DNA from: a virus
Taxonomy: Duplodnaviria; Caudoviricetes
Direction: 5' to 3' (one strand)
IMG/VR virus record: IMGVR_UViG_3300037991_005890
Coordinates: 1 to 32,890 of that record
DNA: 32,890 nt
Positions 28,940-32,890 of the stretch are shown here, one piece after another; the first letter of the stretch is position 1, and each line of letters opens with the position of its first letter. The notes below the pieces were generated by a model that did not search any database, was not told where the DNA came from, and saw nothing but the letters and a program-made list of their open reading frames with translations. The translations under genes were made by a program, and so were the position numbers.

Positions 28940-29485
28940 ATGGCAAGACGTAATTTATTTTCAGATTTAGAGATCCAGGCATTCCGTGCAGGCATAACTC
29001 CACGGACTAAAGAATCTATAAAATGGTTCAGACAAAAAGCAGGTGCACTCGGTAAAGTAACTGGCGAAACTATTTTTCAACAAGATACTGTTAAGATGCA
29101 AGCGTCTATGCGTAATCCATTAGGCAACATGTACATGTTCTATTATAATGCAAAGCATAGAAATACATTACCATACTTCGACGCATTTCCTCTCGTAGTA
29201 ATAACAAGTATGACAGAAGGTGGATTCTATGGATTAAATTTGCATTACCTTCCACCACCACTCAGAGCAAAAGCTTTGAACGGTTTATTAGGTGGAGATG
29301 GTTTACCTGCGAAATATGTTAAGCCTACAATACACCGATATTTGACTACTCAAGTTAGAAGTAAGTTTGCACTAATAGAAGAACCTGAATGGGAAATTGC
29401 AACGTTCTTACCAACCGCACAATGGAGAGGCGCGGGTGTAGGTAAAATATACAGAGATTCAAGGGATAAGATAAGAAATGCCTAG
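28940..29485 (+). CDS. gp2: DNA end protector protein gp2
   Basis: S..WFR, GNMYMFYY.AKH...LPYFD.FPLV, GLNLHYLPP..R and W..A.FLPT motifs. Confidence 0.9.
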   Translation: MARRNLFSDLEIQAFRAGITPRTKESIKWFRQKAGALGKVTGETIFQQDTVKMQASMRNPLGNMYMFYYNAKHRNTLPYFDAFPLVVITSMTEGGFYGLNLHYLPPPLRAKALNGLLGGDGLPAKYVKPTIHRYLTTQVRSKFALIEEPEWEIATFLPTAQWRGAGVGKIYRDSRDKIRNA

Positions 29486-30122
29486 TATAAATGAATTAAA
29501 AGCCTTAGCATCGCGTAAGGGTGGATTTGCTCAGTCTAGTCAATACTTAGTTAAGTTACCTAGTTTAGGTTTCTATGATACACGAGACTTGAATCTATTA
29601 TGTAAGAATGTCGTCTTGCCAGGTAGACAAATTCTAACAAGTGATAGAAAGATAGGTGTTAAAGATACTAAGGTTGCATATGGCTTTGCACTAGATGCAG
29701 TATCAATGACATTCCAGGTTTTAAATGATTATGGAGTTAAAACATATTTTGAAGTATGGCAAGACTTAGTCTTAAATAAGTCTACATACACTCCTAATTA
29801 CAAATCTACATATGCAAAAGATATTCAGGTTTGTCAACTAAAAAAAGGATTTGCTATTGATACAGATCTTCAACTAGGTCCATTTTCATTAGATATTGAT
29901 ATATTTAAATCTGAAAATGTTGTATATGAATGTACATTAATAAATGCTTTTCCAACTACTATGACTGAGATTCAATTAACAAATGATGGTCCTCTTACTG
30001 AGTTGACTATGAGCTTTGAATACGACAATTGGAAGAGCGCACGTTTTTACAATAACCCTAATACTGCTCTAATAAGAGGACTAGGAACAATAATAAATAG
30101 GGTAAATAATATTATTAATTAA
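29478..30122 (+). CDS. gp54: tail-tube-fold protein, gp54-like tube initiator
   Basis: C..V.LPGR, V.MTF...DY....YFE.WQ, L.NAFP and LT..F.Y..W motifs of the gp19/gp54 family. Confidence 0.75.
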   Translation: MPSINELKALASRKGGFAQSSQYLVKLPSLGFYDTRDLNLLCKNVVLPGRQILTSDRKIGVKDTKVAYGFALDAVSMTFQVLNDYGVKTYFEVWQDLVLNKSTYTPNYKSTYAKDIQVCQLKKGFAIDTDLQLGPFSLDIDIFKSENVVYECTLINAFPTTMTEIQLTNDGPLTELTMSFEYDNWKSARFYNNPNTALIRGLGTIINRVNNIIN

Positions 30123-30134
30123 TGAGGTTATATT

Positions 30135-30842
30135 ATGGCATTGCCAAAACTGAATGATGCACCTAAATACAGTGTGCAAGTACCTTCACTTCAAAAGACG
30201 ATTCGATTTCGGCCGTTTTTAGTAAAAGAAGAAAAAGTACTTTTGTTAGCTATGGAATCAGAAAATACTGATGATATATTATTAGCTATCTTAGATACGG
30301 TACAAGCTTGTATTGCTGATGATGTGGATGTAAAAAAGCTTACGACTTATGATGTAGAATATCTATTCACTAAAATACGTTCTAAGTCAGTAGGAGAAAC
30401 AACGAAGGTTGGCGTTAACTGCCAATCGTGTAATGAAGCAAATGAAGTTGTAATAAACGTCGATTCTATTGAAGTGCAAGGATTAGATAAAGTAGAATAT
30501 AATGTTCAGCTATCGCCTGAAATGGAATTACAATTATCTCATCCTGCTTATTATACATTATTTGAAGATGATGATATAAAAACAGATGATCCTATTGAAT
30601 CAATCTTTGCTATGGTACGCCTGAGTTTAGATAAACTAAAAACAGAAGATGATATTATAGATTTAAAAAATGAATCTAAAGAAAATTTAGATGAGTTTGT
30701 TGGTAGTATGAATACAGAACAGTTTGAAAAGGTGAGAGAGTTTGTAGAAAATATGCCGGCTATGCAATATGATGTAGAATTTGATTGTAAGTGTGGCCAT
30801 CACAATAAACATGAGTTGAGAGGTATCCAGTCTTTTTTCTAG
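30135..30842 (+). CDS. gp26: baseplate hub assembly protein gp26-like
   Basis: MALPKL..P.Y...PS....I.FRPFLVKEEKVLLLA.ES, D.EYLF..IRSKSVGE, CQSC and CKCG motifs, ending GIQSFF; GAGG SD. Confidence 0.9.
   Translation: MALPKLNDAPKYSVQVPSLQKTIRFRPFLVKEEKVLLLAMESENTDDILLAILDTVQACIADDVDVKKLTTYDVEYLFTKIRSKSVGETTKVGVNCQSCNEANEVVINVDSIEVQGLDKVEYNVQLSPEMELQLSHPAYYTLFEDDDIKTDDPIESIFAMVRLSLDKLKTEDDIIDLKNESKENLDEFVGSMNTEQFEKVREFVENMPAMQYDVEFDCKCGHHNKHELRGIQSFF
30833..30839 (+). other. candidate -1 ribosomal frameshift heptamer T TTT TTC
   Basis: X XXY YYZ pattern in the gp26 frame, directly before TAG 30840; the -1 frame is open to 31027. Confidence 0.65.
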
Positions 30843-31027
30843 TTTGTCTATCTCATACAGATCTGGCATCGCATTATAATACGATCTTTCAATTAATGCA
30901 ACATCATAAGTATTCTTTGAGTGAGATAGACGGAATGATACCATGGGAAAAAGAAGTCTATATTAGCATGTTACTAGAATTTATTAGAGAACAAAAAGAA
31001 GAAGCGCAGAGACAACAAAATGGTTAA
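30839..31027 (+). CDS. gp51: gp51-like baseplate hub assembly ORF (absent from the ORF track; probably reached by frameshift, first ATG at 30896)
   Basis: Manual translation LVCLSHTDLASHYNTIFQLMQHHKYSLSEIDGMIPWEKEVYISMLLEFIREQKEEAQRQQNG*. MQHHKYSL.EI..MIPWE..VY is the motif annotated gp51 in marine T4-like phages. Confidence 0.8.
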   Translation, partial: LVCLSHTDLASHYNTIFQLMQHHKYSLSEIDGMIPWEKEVYISMLLEFIREQKEEAQRQQNG

Positions 31028-32771
31028 AAGTACAGGTAGCAGTCCAAAAAGCACTGGTTTAAGTGATGTTGTAGAACAATTAAAAGCTAATAATAGATTA
31101 GTTGACCAGCAAAATACTTCTATTCAATCATTATTAGACGAGGCTAGAGATGCTCGAATACAAGAGAAGAAAGCTCTTGTAGCTGAGAATAGACAACAAG
31201 CATTAGAAAAGAAATCTAGACTAGAACGTATGAAAGAGAACCGAGTAAAGCCTAAAGGCATTACCGGTAATTTCGTACGTGGTGCTATTGGTGGAACTGC
31301 ATATACTGGTCTGCGTAATATGACTGATGGCATGTTTGGTGGTGCAGGTTTCGGTCTCGGAGCTGCAGCGGGTGGACTCGCACGTTTGGCCGGTAAAGGA
31401 TTGATGTTTGTAACTGCTGCGTCTGCTCTGAATAAGGTAGCTCAAGGTGCTTTAGATAGAGTATTCGATGATATAAAACCTGAAGATATAGGATTTAAAG
31501 ATGAAGAACAAGCTAGAAAAAGAATTACTGGTGGTTTGAATGTTGCATTAGGTGCAAAGTTTCTAGGATTTAGAGGTCGTACGTCTTTATTGTTAGGTAT
31601 TGGTACAGCCTTCGGTGATCAGATTACTAGTTGGATCGCTGATAAAATGGATACCGATAATATTTCGATGCCTGGCTGGGTCGCAAAAACATTTGGATTG
31701 AATCCAGATGAAATGCAATTAAATCTAAAAGATCCAAAAACATCTGCAGCTATTGGCGCTGCAATAAGTCTTATAGCTGGACAAATTGCTATAGAAGCTT
31801 CAAAGTGGGCAACTAAAACTAGTTATAGAAAAATAAAAAATGCAATATTGCCTACGGATCCAGAAAAACTGACTAATAGAAAATTTAATCCTAATGCAAA
31901 ATCACCAGTTATTACTGCTAATGTACCTAAGCTTAAATCACAGTCATCAGTAGTCGATGAAGCTGTAGAATTCGCTGATAATGTAGAAGATGTTATTGTA
32001 AAACCTAATGCTCCAAAGTTATTAGGACCTGATGGTAATCCAGTAAGACCAAGCTTATCTCCTAATGCACCAAAAAAATTAAATGCACTTACTAAGGCTG
32101 ATTTTGAAGCTAGTAAAGCAAAACAAGATTTTAAGAAAAGAGTGTTAAAAGCTGAAGCTAGATATAAGTCCAAAACTGCATTAAATAAAACAATGATGAA
32201 AAATATAACTAAGGCCTTTCAAAATCCTGCTCTTAGAAAGACTATAGGAGTTGGAGGAAAAGTAGTAGGTCCTCTTTCATTTGGACTATCAGGTTATATG
32301 GGTATAAAGGATGAAGAAAGAAAAGACGCTGGACAAACAGGATTACAAAGATTTGCTGGAGGTATAGCAGAAGATGTAGGTAATTTTGCGGATATAGTTG
32401 TAAATTCTTTCACTTCATATCCAAATCGATTAACTAACTTACTTTTGGAGAAGGCAGGTTTTGATGTTAGATTAAAAGATGGAGTCTTAGAAGGCGGAGC
32501 TAGTGGTGAAATATTTGGTAAAACAATAAGAAAAGGATCTTTTATTCTATTTAAAGAAATGAATGAATTTAATGCTAATATGAAAAGTCAAGAAAACCTA
32601 ATCAGAGATTTAGGATATGGTGGTTACTTCAATAGCTCACAAACTCCACCACCTGTCATAATAGACAATTCTAGTAGTAATCAGTCAGTCAGTACTAACA
32701 ACTTTTCATCTAATTCAGAAATAATTAATAAAGATCCATACGCTTATGGCTACCTTGGAGCAATGCAATAG
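31020..32771 (+). CDS. putative tape-measure / hub protein (gp29-like)
   Basis: 583 aa, similar in size to T4 gp29; coiled-coil N-terminus, Gly/Ala-rich helices and S/N-rich C-terminus (PVIIDNSS); follows gp26/gp51. Positional call. Confidence 0.6.
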   Translation: MVKSTGSSPKSTGLSDVVEQLKANNRLVDQQNTSIQSLLDEARDARIQEKKALVAENRQQALEKKSRLERMKENRVKPKGITGNFVRGAIGGTAYTGLRNMTDGMFGGAGFGLGAAAGGLARLAGKGLMFVTAASALNKVAQGALDRVFDDIKPEDIGFKDEEQARKRITGGLNVALGAKFLGFRGRTSLLLGIGTAFGDQITSWIADKMDTDNISMPGWVAKTFGLNPDEMQLNLKDPKTSAAIGAAISLIAGQIAIEASKWATKTSYRKIKNAILPTDPEKLTNRKFNPNAKSPVITANVPKLKSQSSVVDEAVEFADNVEDVIVKPNAPKLLGPDGNPVRPSLSPNAPKKLNALTKADFEASKAKQDFKKRVLKAEARYKSKTALNKTMMKNITKAFQNPALRKTIGVGGKVVGPLSFGLSGYMGIKDEERKDAGQTGLQRFAGGIAEDVGNFADIVVNSFTSYPNRLTNLLLEKAGFDVRLKDGVLEGGASGEIFGKTIRKGSFILFKEMNEFNANMKSQENLIRDLGYGGYFNSSQTPPPVIIDNSSSNQSVSTNNFSSNSEIINKDPYAYGYLGAMQ

Positions 32772-32791
32772 ATAGCCATAAGCTATGTTAA

Positions 32792-32890
32792 TTAGTCAGC
32801 GTTTGCCAACCGTGCGAAGTAGCTCATAGTATCTTCTTCGCTTTCTTCCGATACTTGCTCAGCAGTTACCGGTTCTTGTGGGATGTGAGG
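32792..32890 (-). CDS. gp32: C-terminal tail of ssDNA-binding protein gp32 (partial)
   Basis: Manual translation PHIPQEPVTAEQVSEESEEDTMSYFARLANAD*; an acidic tail ending D.MSYF..LA is typical of gp32 in marine T4-like phages. Confidence 0.75.
   Translation of the reverse strand, partial: PHIPQEPVTAEQVSEESEEDTMSYFARLANAD

Noticed and set aside
30092-30099. AATAAATA upstream of gp26 (similar match at 25314-25321 on the - strand)
   Set aside because: One mismatch, inside coding sequence and with no supporting geometry; cannot be told from background.
30833-30842. gp26/gp51 break as a homopolymer sequencing error or pseudogene
   Set aside because: An FF-stop ending is what I recall for gp26 in marine T4-like phages, and both parts look intact. 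Read-level checking is still advisable.
26519-32173. ORFs 26519..26710, 28704..29003, 30687..30944, 31124..31333, 31221..31445 and 31823..32173
   Set aside because: They are antisense to gp53, gp4/gp2, gp26/gp51 and the tape-measure-like gene.
32772-32786. ATAGC-cataa-GCTAT hairpin between convergent genes
   Set aside because: A 5-bp AT-rich stem without a clear U-tract is too weak to call a terminator.
1-32890. tRNA, rRNA, CRISPR array, intron/intein, homing endonuclease or transposase
   Set aside because: Coding density is near complete with gaps under 50 nt, and no such motifs or DNA repeat arrays were seen by eye.

Overview
The window is a late-gene segment of a T4-like (myovirus) phage genome, probably an environmental non-enteric lineage; the host cannot be read from the sequence. 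From about 8.4 to 32.8 kb it encodes baseplate and tail morphogenesis proteins: fibre-like proteins, VrlC/DUF4815, gp8, a gp9/gp10-like protein, gp7, gp6, gp25, a gp5 split into three genes with cell-wall hydrolase domains, a gp27-like hub, gp53, gp48, gp4, gp2, gp54, gp26, a gp51-like ORF and a gp29-like tape measure. The 3' end of gp32 enters at the right edge. From 1 to about 7.8 kb is a visibly more AT-rich enzyme island: three GT-A glycosyltransferases, two radical SAM enzymes with N-terminal Cys-rich domains, and nitroreductase-like, QueC-like, methyltransferase-like and kinase-like genes. Best leads: (1) the island is fronted by T4-type late promoter boxes, and neighbouring virion proteins are enriched for a D-S-[D/A/S] motif, suggesting a phage-encoded virion-decoration system; (2) a canonical -1 slippery site (T TTT TTC TAG) would fuse gp26 to the gp51-like ORF, lambda G/GT style, between the tube-fold gene and the tape measure. 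All calls come from motif recognition by eye; no searches were run.
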